Positions 8,627-16,532 of a stretch of 45,510 nt of DNA are shown in pieces. Below the pieces are notes generated by a model. The model was not told the DNA's origin. It searched no databases and saw only the letters and a program-made list of their open reading frames with translations. Source of the DNA: an uncultured Desulfobacterales bacterium (lineage in GTDB: Bacteria > Desulfobacterota > Desulfobacteria > Desulfobacterales > CAFBRK01); assembly GCA_965602445.1 (NCBI GenBank), contig CBFCZJ010000001.1, positions 1 to 45,510 of the forward strand, given 5' to 3'. The translations under genes and the position numbers were made by a program. Every line of letters starts with the position of its first letter. The first letter of the stretch is position 1.

Positions 8627-9229
8627 TCAGAACCACTGCGAAAGAATCCAGTGGGCGGCGGAGTCGAGGTTTTCGGCGACATGGTCCGGCCGGACGCCGG
8701 AAGCGGCCAATTCCTTTTCGGCGGCGACTCCCTTTCCGGTTTTGACCAGCACGGAAAGGGCGCATCCGGCCCGCCGGGCGGCAAGGATATCTCTGGGGCT
8801 GTCGCCGATCATGGCCGATCGGGAAAGGTCGACGCCGTGAATTCTCCGGGCGTTTTCAAGCATCGCCGGGCGGGGCTTTCGGCAGTTGCAGTCTTCATCC
8901 GGCCGGTGGGGGCAGTAAAAGATCGCTTCGATGCGCCCTCCGGCCTCTTCCACGGCCGCTGTCATGCGCCGGTGCATCTGCTCTAAGACCGGCAGGGGAA
9001 TCAGCCCCCGATTGACCCCGGACTGGTTGGAAACCACAAAAACCCGGATCCCGCTGCGGGTCAGGGCCGCGATGGCCGACTGGCTGCCGGGGATGAAACG
9101 AAACTCGTCCCACTTCTTGATGTAATCGGGGGAATCTTCGTTGATGACCCCGTCGCGGTCGAGAAAAACGGTGTGTTTCGGGAGAAGGTTCAAAGGCAAG
9201 GGTTCCGAGGTTCCAGGTTCAGGGTTCAA
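8627..9229 (-). CDS. gmhB: D-glycero-D-manno-heptose 1,7-bisphosphate phosphatase-like HAD-IIIA hydrolase
   Basis: FLDRDGVIN, VVSNQSG and the zinc motif CPHRPDEDCNCRKPRP are typical of GmhB. The annotated start at 9229 is TTG and lies in a heptamer repeat. A GTG at 9169, immediately before FLDRDG, is an equally plausible start. Confidence 0.75.
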   Translation of the reverse strand: MNPEPGTSEPLPLNLLPKHTVFLDRDGVINEDSPDYIKKWDEFRFIPGSQSAIAALTRSGIRVFVVSNQSGVNRGLIPLPVLEQMHRRMTAAVEEAGGRIEAIFYCPHRPDEDCNCRKPRPAMLENARRIHGVDLSRSAMIGDSPRDILAARRAGCALSVLVKTGKGVAAEKELAASGVRPDHVAENLDSAAHWILSQWF

Positions 9230-9250
9230 AGGTTCGGTGTTCAGGGTCCA
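9187..9250. repeat. Degenerate tandem heptamer/octamer array (RGGTTCN)n
   Basis: GGTTC or near-GGTTC recurs at about 9187, 9201, 9209, 9216, 9223, 9231, 9237 and 9244. Spacing is 6-8 nt from 9201 onward, with a 14-nt gap between the first two. No inverted partner is nearby. Confidence 0.65.
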
Positions 9251-9304
9251 AGTGTCAATCTTTGAAGCTTTTTTGGGTAGTTCTTGGCGGCGCAGCCGCC
9301 TCCT

Positions 9305-9349
9305 ATAAAGGCGCGGTAAAATCGCTTTTTGATTTTACCGCGCCTTTAT
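9305..9349 (-). repeat. Perfect 19-bp inverted repeat (stem-loop) overlapping the rlpA stop codon
   Basis: ATAAAGGCGCGGTAAAATC at 9305-9323, a 7-nt loop, then GATTTTACCGCGCCTTTAT at 9331-9349. Neither strand has a U-tract after it, so it is not a canonical intrinsic terminator. Confidence 0.6.
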
Positions 9350-10122
9350 TCGGCCACGATAAAGACTTCGGAAAAGCCGTCTGCGATCAGGATCCGCTCG
9401 TATTGTTCGGCCTGGTCAAGGGACGTGCAGCGCCCCACGCGAACCCGGTAAAACGTCTCGACGCCGGTGTTGTAAGTCTGGACATGGGCATGCTTGTATT
9501 TTCTGGCCAGTTTGTCCCGAAGCCGGATCGCGTTTTCCCGAACCTTGAAGGCGCCGACCTGGAAGGTGAAGTCTCCCCGTGTGAAATCGACCGTCGCCGG
9601 CTGAGCGCCGCCCGGCGACGCCAGCGCAACGATCTCCACCGGTGCGGTGCCCGGACCCACCACGCCCAGCCGGCTGGCGGCGGTATAGGAAAGATCGATG
9701 ATTCTGCCTTTCACAAACGGGCCCCGGTCGTTGATCCGGACGTCGAGGGACCGCCCGGTTTGCAGGTTGCGGACCCGAACCCACGTTCCCAAGGGAAGAG
9801 TTTTATGGGCCGCTGTGAGGGCATACATGTTGTAGACTTCGCCGTTGGAGGTCTTTCGGCCGTGAAAGTCTTTTCCATACCATGACGCCAGTCCGCGCTG
9901 GGAAAATCCGTGGGCATGGGGCAGAGGATGGTACCAGTTTTTCCCGATCCGATACGGCTTGGAACCGATTTTCGGCGCAGCCGGGGCCTTTGCGCCCGTA
10001 TCCGGCTGCCCCGAAGACGGGCCGGGGGCTGGGCCCGCGCAGCCGAGAATAACTGCGGCGGCAACGGTCGCGGCCAGCCGCGCCAGCGGCAGGCCGGTGT
10101 GCCATTCGGTTCGCTTCTTCAT
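9346..10122 (-). CDS. rlpA: Septal ring lytic transglycosylase RlpA family lipoprotein with C-terminal SPOR domain
   Basis: Lipobox [12 protein letters not shown] core [64 protein letters not shown]-like tail FTFQVGAF...YRVRVG. Confidence 0.9.
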   Translation of the reverse strand: MKKRTEWHTGLPLARLAATVAAAVILGCAGPAPGPSSGQPDTGAKAPAAPKIGSKPYRIGKNWYHPLPHAHGFSQRGLASWYGKDFHGRKTSNGEVYNMYALTAAHKTLPLGTWVRVRNLQTGRSLDVRINDRGPFVKGRIIDLSYTAASRLGVVGPGTAPVEIVALASPGGAQPATVDFTRGDFTFQVGAFKVRENAIRLRDKLARKYKHAHVQTYNTGVETFYRVRVGRCTSLDQAEQYERILIADGFSEVFIVAE

Positions 10123-12467
10123 TTTTCTAAGGCCAGCTTGAGAACGTCGATCATCTTGTCCACGAAATGGAAGGTAACCTCCTTTTGGACTTTTTCAGAG
10201 GTTTCTTCCAGGTCCTTTTCGTTCTGCTGCGGCAGGATGATGGTTTTGATGCCGGCCCGGTGCGCCGCCAGCACCTTTTCCTTGATGCCGCCCACGGGCA
10301 GCACCTGCCCCCGCAAGGTGATTTCGCCGGTCATGGCCAGGTTCTTGTGGATCCGTTTTGCGGTCAGAAGGGAGGCCAGGGCCGTCAGCATGGTGACGCC
10401 CGCCGAAGGGCCGTCTTTGGGAATGGCCCCGGCCGGCACGTGAATGTGGATGTCCTTGTCTTCGAAAAAGTCTTCGGGGATGCCAAGATTCTTTGCATGG
10501 GTGCGGATGAAGCTCAGCGCAGCGGTGGCCGACTCTTTCATGACGTCCCCCAGTTGGCCCGTGAGCACGAGGTTCTTCTTTCCCTTCATGGCGGTGGCTT
10601 CGATAAAGAGAAGTTCTCCGCCGGTGGGGGTCCAGGCCAGACCGGTGGCCACCCCCGGGGTTTGAATCCTGGACTTGCTCTCCCCCGTGAAACGGACCGG
10701 ACCGAGATACCGGGACAGATCCGCCACCTTGATCGAGGCGCGCTGAATGTCGCCGGTGGCGATGCCGCTTGCCACCGCCCGGCAGACGTTGGCGATCTCC
10801 CGCTCCAGGTTCCGGAGCCCGGCCTCGCGGGTGTATCCGGAGATCATCTGACGAACCGCTCCTTTGGTAAACGAAATCTGTTTGGCCGCGAGGCCGTTTT
10901 CCTCCCGTTGCCGGGGAATCAGGTAGCGCTGCGCGATCTTGATCTTTTCATCCTCGGTATAGCCGAGCAGGCGCAGAACCTCCATCCGGTCCAGGAGGGC
11001 CGGCGGAATCGTATCGAGGATATTGGCGGTGGTGATGAACATGACCTTCGACAGGTCGAAGGCGACATCGATGTAATGGTCCTGAAACGAATGGTTTTGC
11101 TCCGGGTCGAGCACCTCGAGCAGCGCCGACGACGGATCGCCCCGAAAGTCGCTGCCGACCTTGTCGATTTCATCCAGCATGAACACCGGGTTGTTCGATT
11201 CGGCCCGGCGGATTCCCTGGATGATACGACCGGGAAGGGCGCCGACATAGGTTCTCCGGTGCCCCCGGATTTCGGCTTCATCCCGGACCCCGCCAAGAGA
11301 GATCCGGACGAACTTGCGGCCCAGGGCCCGCGCGATGGAGGCCCCCAGAGAGGTCTTGCCGGTTCCCGGCGGGCCTGCGAAGCACAGAATCGGGCCCTTG
11401 GAGTCGGGTTTGAGCTTTCGGACCGCCAGGTATTCGATGATTCTGCGCTTGGGCTTTTCGAGGCCGAAGTGGTCTTCGTCGAGTACCTTGCGGGCCTCCT
11501 TGATGTCGAGGTTGTCCGGAGTGCCCCCGCTCCAGGGCAGTGAAGTGATCCAGTCCAGGTAGGTGGATACGACGGTGTATTCGGCAGAGGACGGATGCAT
11601 CTTGGCCATCCGGTCCAGTTCGCGTTCTGCCTCCTTCCGGGCTTCTTCCGGGAGTTGCTTTTCATTGATCTTGGTCCTGTATTCTTCGATTTCGACGGTC
11701 TCTTCGTCGGTTTCGCCCAGCTCCTCCCGGATCGCCTTGAGCTGCTGTCTCAGGTAGTACTCCCGCTGCCTTTTGTCCATGTCCCCCTTGACCTGGGACT
11801 GGATCTTGTTGCCCAGCTCCAGAATTTCGAGTTGGTGGCTGACCATGCGGGTGACTTCCCTCAAGCGCTTTTTGATGCTTTCTGTTTCCAGGATCTTCTG
11901 CTTTTCTTCGGCAGTGACGTTGAGGGTGGAAGCGACCATGTCTGCCAGGGTCCCGGCTTCCTGGATGGATCCGGCCATCTGCGCCATTTCAGACGGTAGG
12001 CCCGGGGACAGCTCGACGACCTTGGAGAACTGGCTGACGAGGTTGGACGTCATGGCCTCGATTTCCTTGTCCGACTTCTCCGGGGCTTCGATTTTTTGAA
12101 TCTGCGCCTTCAGATACGGCTTGTCCTTGACGAACTTGGCCAGCCGGATGCGGGAGATGCCCTGGACCAGGAGCTGTGCCCGGTTGTCGCCGGTTTTGGC
12201 CATTTTCAGGATCAGGGCGCTGGTGCCGACGGCGGCCAGGTCTTTTTCCGTAGGGGTGTTTCCCTGCTCGGGGCTTTTGGAAACCACCAGGCCGATAATC
12301 CGGTCCTTGGCCATGGCTTCATCGATGAGTTGGATCGACTCGGCCTGCATGACGACCAATGGAAGGACCATTTTCGGGAAAAGTGCGGCGTCAAACAACG
12401 GCATGATCGGCAGCACATCGGGCAGATTGTCGACGTCGATCTGCTCTGGCGCTTTCGGTTCGGTCAT
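10119..12467 (-). CDS. lon: ATP-dependent Lon protease
   Basis: LonA N-domain, AAA+ Walker [10 protein letters not shown], Walker B FMLDEIDK, and protease domain [11 protein letters not shown] with catalytic Ser. GGAGGA precedes the ATG at 12467. The stop overlaps the rlpA start as ATGA. Confidence 0.95.
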   Translation of the reverse strand: MTEPKAPEQIDVDNLPDVLPIMPLFDAALFPKMVLPLVVMQAESIQLIDEAMAKDRIIGLVVSKSPEQGNTPTEKDLAAVGTSALILKMAKTGDNRAQLLVQGISRIRLAKFVKDKPYLKAQIQKIEAPEKSDKEIEAMTSNLVSQFSKVVELSPGLPSEMAQMAGSIQEAGTLADMVASTLNVTAEEKQKILETESIKKRLREVTRMVSHQLEILELGNKIQSQVKGDMDKRQREYYLRQQLKAIREELGETDEETVEIEEYRTKINEKQLPEEARKEAERELDRMAKMHPSSAEYTVVSTYLDWITSLPWSGGTPDNLDIKEARKVLDEDHFGLEKPKRRIIEYLAVRKLKPDSKGPILCFAGPPGTGKTSLGASIARALGRKFVRISLGGVRDEAEIRGHRRTYVGALPGRIIQGIRRAESNNPVFMLDEIDKVGSDFRGDPSSALLEVLDPEQNHSFQDHYIDVAFDLSKVMFITTANILDTIPPALLDRMEVLRLLGYTEDEKIKIAQRYLIPRQREENGLAAKQISFTKGAVRQMISGYTREAGLRNLEREIANVCRAVASGIATGDIQRASIKVADLSRYLGPVRFTGESKSRIQTPGVATGLAWTPTGGELLFIEATAMKGKKNLVLTGQLGDVMKESATAALSFIRTHAKNLGIPEDFFEDKDIHIHVPAGAIPKDGPSAGVTMLTALASLLTAKRIHKNLAMTGEITLRGQVLPVGGIKEKVLAAHRAGIKTIILPQQNEKDLEETSEKVQKEVTFHFVDKMIDVLKLALEK

Positions 12468-12626
12468 CGATTCCTCCTGTAGGACAGGGCAGCCTGCACA
12501 CCCGACAAGATCTGGTGCCAAGGCGGAGGCCAAAAGATTTTTTTACGGGCTGAACTCTCCGGTGCCGTGCCGGTGCTGATCTCTGGTGCGTAAAGTACCC
12601 ATTAGCAACTCGCGTCAGCGATTTGA

Positions 12627-13073
12627 TCACCCGTCTTCGACGGCGATTTTCTGGCTTTTCTTCGGCGGCTGTTTGGCCATTCGGATCTGCAGAAACCCGT
12701 TTTCATAAGACGAGCTGACCACCTCCGGGTCGATCGGGGCCGGCAAATACAGGATCCTTTCGAACGTTCCGTATTGAATCTCAGCCAACCGGTAGGCTCC
12801 GCGTTTGTCCCGGCCCGGCTCGCGCCGGCTGCCGGAGATCCGAACGGCGCGGCTGTTGATCTCCACTTCCAGTGCCTCTTTTTCCACCCCGGCGATTTCC
12901 CCCCGGATGATGACCTCATCGGGCGTTTCGTAGATGTCCATCTGAGGGCTCCAGGTCCTATCGGAAAAAGAGAACATCGGATTCATGGAGCGGAACATCT
13001 GGTCGAGGGTTCTTTCGAACCGTGAACCGATGTCGTCCAAATCGTCACCGAATCGAATCTTGATATAATCCAT
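12627..13073 (-). CDS. Hsp20/alpha-crystallin family small heat-shock protein
   Basis: An alpha-crystallin domain pattern (PQMDIYETPDEVIIRGEIAGVEKEALEVEI...GTFERILYLPAPID...YENGFLQIRM). 148 aa. Confidence 0.9.
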   Translation of the reverse strand: MDYIKIRFGDDLDDIGSRFERTLDQMFRSMNPMFSFSDRTWSPQMDIYETPDEVIIRGEIAGVEKEALEVEINSRAVRISGSRREPGRDKRGAYRLAEIQYGTFERILYLPAPIDPEVVSSSYENGFLQIRMAKQPPKKSQKIAVEDG

Positions 13074-13412
13074 GGTCGACTCCCGGCTGGTGAAACGGTC
13101 TCCATTGATCTTCCTGTAGGCGAGGAAACGCTACCATTGTCCTCATGGTTTGTAAAGAATCGGAGAGCAGGAACCTGCAGCGGATGCGACATCCGCCAGA
13201 GAAGGTCGGGCGGCTATGCATTGGCCAAGGACTTTGCTTTTGGGGCGAATTTGGGTAGGAGAGAGCGGCGCTCAAGCAAGAGAGTTATAAAGGAATAGAT
13301 GTCCCCTATTGTGCCTCGTAGTATATATAGTATCGTCTCCTTGCCGGAAATCCGGACTTTAGCCATCCCCACCGCCGTTGCCAGATCGGGGTGTTTCCGG
13401 TAGAGTGAGATC

Positions 13413-14567
13413 ATGTCCGATGTGTCAGATACCCGCATGCGAGGGCTCTTGGCGAGCCAGTACTTTATCTACTTCGGGGTGCTGGGCATCTATCTTCCCT
13501 TCTTCAATTTATACTGCTACCACATCGGCTTTTCCGGGACTCAGATCGGCGCCATTTCTGCGGTGAGGACCATGGCCACGGCGCTGTTTCCGATGATCTG
13601 GGGGCATCTGGCCGACCGGTTCCGCGCCCGGAAGCCGATCTATATCGCCTGCAGTTTTGCCAGTGCGATGGTCTGGTCCCTGTTTCTGCTGACGGCTGAT
13701 TTTTGGCTGATGATGATGATCATGGTGGTCTACGGCATCTTCTACGGCCCGATCATCTCTTTTCTGGAAGCTTTCACCATGGACTACCTCGGATCCCGCC
13801 GGCGGGATTACGGCCGTCTTCGGGTCTGGGGCTCGATCAGCTTCATCTGCGTTGTCGTGGTCGTGGGCCGAATCGTGGACGCCACCTCCTTGAACATCAT
13901 CCTGGTGCTCATCCTGGCCGGCTCCCTGCTGCGGGCGGCGCTTTCCGTCCGGATCCCGGCACGGCGCAGCCCGGCGCGGGAGCCGACCCGCCAGGGACTG
14001 AGGCTGCTGGCCGCCGCACCGGTGGCTGGATTTCTTTTCGCGGCCCTTTTGATGCTGGCCAGCCATGGGGCCTACTACGCCTTTTTTTCGATTCATCTGG
14101 AATCGTTAGGCTACGGAGGCACTCTGATCGGGGTGTGCTGGGCCCTGGCGGTGGCAGCCGAGGTGCTGGTGATGATCCTGTCCCCCCGGCTGTTTCATCG
14201 CGTTTCGCTTCAGTCGGTGCTGGTTTTTTCCTGTGCGGCGGCGGCGCTCCGGTGGTTTACCCTGGCCGCCACCGCATCGCTGCCGGTGATCCTGGCCAGC
14301 CAGGTGCTTCATGCGTTTTCCTACGGCACGTTCCACATGGCGAGCATTCTTCGAATCGACGAGTTGATGCCGGCCGCGTCAAAGACCCTCGGCCAGGCGG
14401 CCAATAACGCGGTAACCTACGGATTTGGGATGATGGTGGGTTTTTTCGGCAGCGGCCTTCTGTACGAAGCCGCAGGGTCTTCGGTGCTGTTTGCCGTCAG
14501 CGGGATCGCGGCGGCCGCAGGCGGCGGCGTTTTGGTGTGGTTTCGCCCCCGGCCCGAGGCACGCTAA
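13413..14567 (+). CDS. MFS transporter (MFS_1-like / HcaT-like subfamily)
   Basis: About 12 hydrophobic segments. N-terminus YFIYFGVLGIYLPFFNLY...WGHLADRF is typical of the PPP/MFS_1_like group. Substrate unknown. Confidence 0.8.
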   Translation: MSDVSDTRMRGLLASQYFIYFGVLGIYLPFFNLYCYHIGFSGTQIGAISAVRTMATALFPMIWGHLADRFRARKPIYIACSFASAMVWSLFLLTADFWLMMMIMVVYGIFYGPIISFLEAFTMDYLGSRRRDYGRLRVWGSISFICVVVVVGRIVDATSLNIILVLILAGSLLRAALSVRIPARRSPAREPTRQGLRLLAAAPVAGFLFAALLMLASHGAYYAFFSIHLESLGYGGTLIGVCWALAVAAEVLVMILSPRLFHRVSLQSVLVFSCAAAALRWFTLAATASLPVILASQVLHAFSYGTFHMASILRIDELMPAASKTLGQAANNAVTYGFGMMVGFFGSGLLYEAAGSSVLFAVSGIAAAAGGGVLVWFRPRPEAR

Positions 14568-14697
14568 GTACATGCAGGCGTAATTATGCCATCGACCACC
14601 AAGGGTGGCCTTGTGCATCCGACACGATCGGGTGCCGTCGAGAAGGTGCGTCGAAAACGGCAGTCTGAGGCTCGCATCGGCAGGGGCTTGCCTCCGG

Positions 14698-15417
14698 TCA
14701 GCCCTTGAGCACGAACTGCAGCTTGACGTTTCCGATTTCGATGACATCGAATTCTTTGAGGGGGACCGATTCCTTGACGGCTTTTCCGTTGACCTTCGGC
14801 TTGGCCATTCCCTCTACATAACTCAGGGAATAGCCGTTGGGTCGTTTGCTGATGGTTGCAGCGGTCTGGCCGGTCATCAATCCGCCGACGACCAGATCCG
14901 AGGAGGCGCTTTTACCGATCTTGAACAGCTTCTTGCCGATTTCCACTTCCCCTTCACCGCCGGCCAGATAGGAAAGAACCCCGCCAGGCTCGCCTTTGAG
15001 CCCCGAGCCGGGATCGGTGGTCTTGCCGGCTTTTTCCATGATCTTTCGATACTGGCCGGTATCCATGACCATGGTCTGGTCCATCGCTCCGGCAGGGGCG
15101 CCGGTCGATGCGGGCCGCTCTTCGCCTTTTTCGTATTTGAACAGGAGGGTATGCTTTCCGATCATGACCCTGTCACCTTGCTGAAGCCAATGGGACGTGA
15201 CCTGCTGGTCGTTTACGAAGGATCCGTTTTTGCTCTGCAGGTCGGTCAGCAGGTATCCATCGCCCACCGAGTCGATTTTGGCATGATGGCCGGAGACCGC
15301 CAGGTTCTCGATGACGATATCGTTGCTGTCCATTCTTCCGATGGTCAGGCCCTTGCCTTTCTCCAGACCATACTCGCCCACGACATTGTCCTTGAATTGC
15401 AGTGTCAATTTCGGCAT
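14698..15417 (-). CDS. Protein with two FHA domains
   Basis: N-terminal FHA (LTIGRMDSNDIVIENLAVSGHHAKI...LLTDLQSKNGSFVNDQQV...GDRVMIGKHTLLF) and a second, more divergent FHA-like C-terminal half (FKIGKSASSDLVV...KVNGKAV...DVIEIGNVKLQF). The ATG at 15417 is chosen. Confidence 0.8.
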   Translation of the reverse strand: MPKLTLQFKDNVVGEYGLEKGKGLTIGRMDSNDIVIENLAVSGHHAKIDSVGDGYLLTDLQSKNGSFVNDQQVTSHWLQQGDRVMIGKHTLLFKYEKGEERPASTGAPAGAMDQTMVMDTGQYRKIMEKAGKTTDPGSGLKGEPGGVLSYLAGGEGEVEIGKKLFKIGKSASSDLVVGGLMTGQTAATISKRPNGYSLSYVEGMAKPKVNGKAVKESVPLKEFDVIEIGNVKLQFVLKG

Positions 15418-15507
15418 CGAAACACCTTTTCCCAAAGTTTGCGGTAATGCAACAGGCTCGATTCTCAGCCGGCCGGGGCTTTGCCGCCGCACCGGCGCAC
15501 CGGCAGG

Positions 15508-16341
15508 CTACAGGTAGCGCTGCAAAAATCCGATGGCTTTGCGGGCCATGCCGGAGCGGAGCTTTCCAAAGAGCCCCCATTGCTTGATCTCTTTGATTTT
15601 GACCACGATGACCGTGATGTTGTCATGACCGCCCCGCTGATTGGCCATATCCACAAGCTTCCGGCAGGCCCGGTCCGCCGTCTGCTCCCCGACCACCGCT
15701 TGTATTTCTTCCGGAGACACCAGATCGCTCAGCCCGTCGGAGCTGATAACCACTGCGTCTCCCCTGAAAAAAGGCAGTTCAAAGACGTCCGGGGAAACGC
15801 TCTCTTCGATCCCCATGGCCCGGGTGAGCAGGTACTTGACATCTTCACCCAGACTGCTCGCCGCCTCAGGATCGAAGGCTGCCTGTTCACTGACCACGTT
15901 GTGGGTGACCGAAAGCTGGTCGATGTGGCCGTCATGAATCAGGTAGATCGGACTGTCGCCCACATTGGCGGTGATCAGGGTCTTGTCCGTGAGCACGGCC
16001 GCCGACACCGTTGCCCCCATTCCGCGGAAGGCGTCTTGGCCGCGGCCGGCTTCGAAGACCTTCCGATTTCCTTCGAATATGGCCCTTACCAGGCGGTCGG
16101 CCACCGGCGAAAGACTGCCATCGACGGCCGCCGGAGGCGCAGCGGCCGGGTTTTCGAATCCGGCCATGACGTCCCGGATCGTTTTGACCACCAGTTCGCT
16201 GGCGACCTCCCCGGCGCGGTGCCCCCCCATGCCGTCTGAGACGAGGTATACTCCCTGCTGGTCGTCCAGATAAAGCGCATCTTCGTTCCCTTTGCGCCTC
16301 TTTCCGACATCTGTCATGCCTGCCGATTCAACGACGACCAT
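15508..16341 (-). CDS. PP2C-family Ser/Thr protein phosphatase
   Basis: MTDVGKRRKGNEDA...LVSDGMGGHRAGEVAS...VISSDGLSD...GGHDNITVIVV are canonical PPM motifs. The start is uncertain (16341, 16317, or TTG at 16410). Confidence 0.88.
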   Translation of the reverse strand: MVVVESAGMTDVGKRRKGNEDALYLDDQQGVYLVSDGMGGHRAGEVASELVVKTIRDVMAGFENPAAAPPAAVDGSLSPVADRLVRAIFEGNRKVFEAGRGQDAFRGMGATVSAAVLTDKTLITANVGDSPIYLIHDGHIDQLSVTHNVVSEQAAFDPEAASSLGEDVKYLLTRAMGIEESVSPDVFELPFFRGDAVVISSDGLSDLVSPEEIQAVVGEQTADRACRKLVDMANQRGGHDNITVIVVKIKEIKQWGLFGKLRSGMARKAIGFLQRYL

Positions 16342-16532
16342 AATCTGGAATTTCGATTTGTCCCCTTGGCGGGAGGGCGGTGTGGTTCTTCGGCGGGGTC
16401 GGCCTGCCAAACCCCCCGCGCTGTTCTTACAGCATAACCATTTGACACGTCAAGCAATTCCTTGCAGCCGGCGGGGCGTCAAACCGGGGCGGCACCCGAC
16501 CTAGGTTCGATCCGCTTCGGTTCACCGAGGAG

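Noticed and set aside
16504-16513. GGTTCGATCC, a tRNA T-loop-like string in the kinase-phosphatase spacer
   Set aside because: The flanking bases do not form a T-stem, and no acceptor, D or anticodon arms can be drawn. It is not a tRNA.
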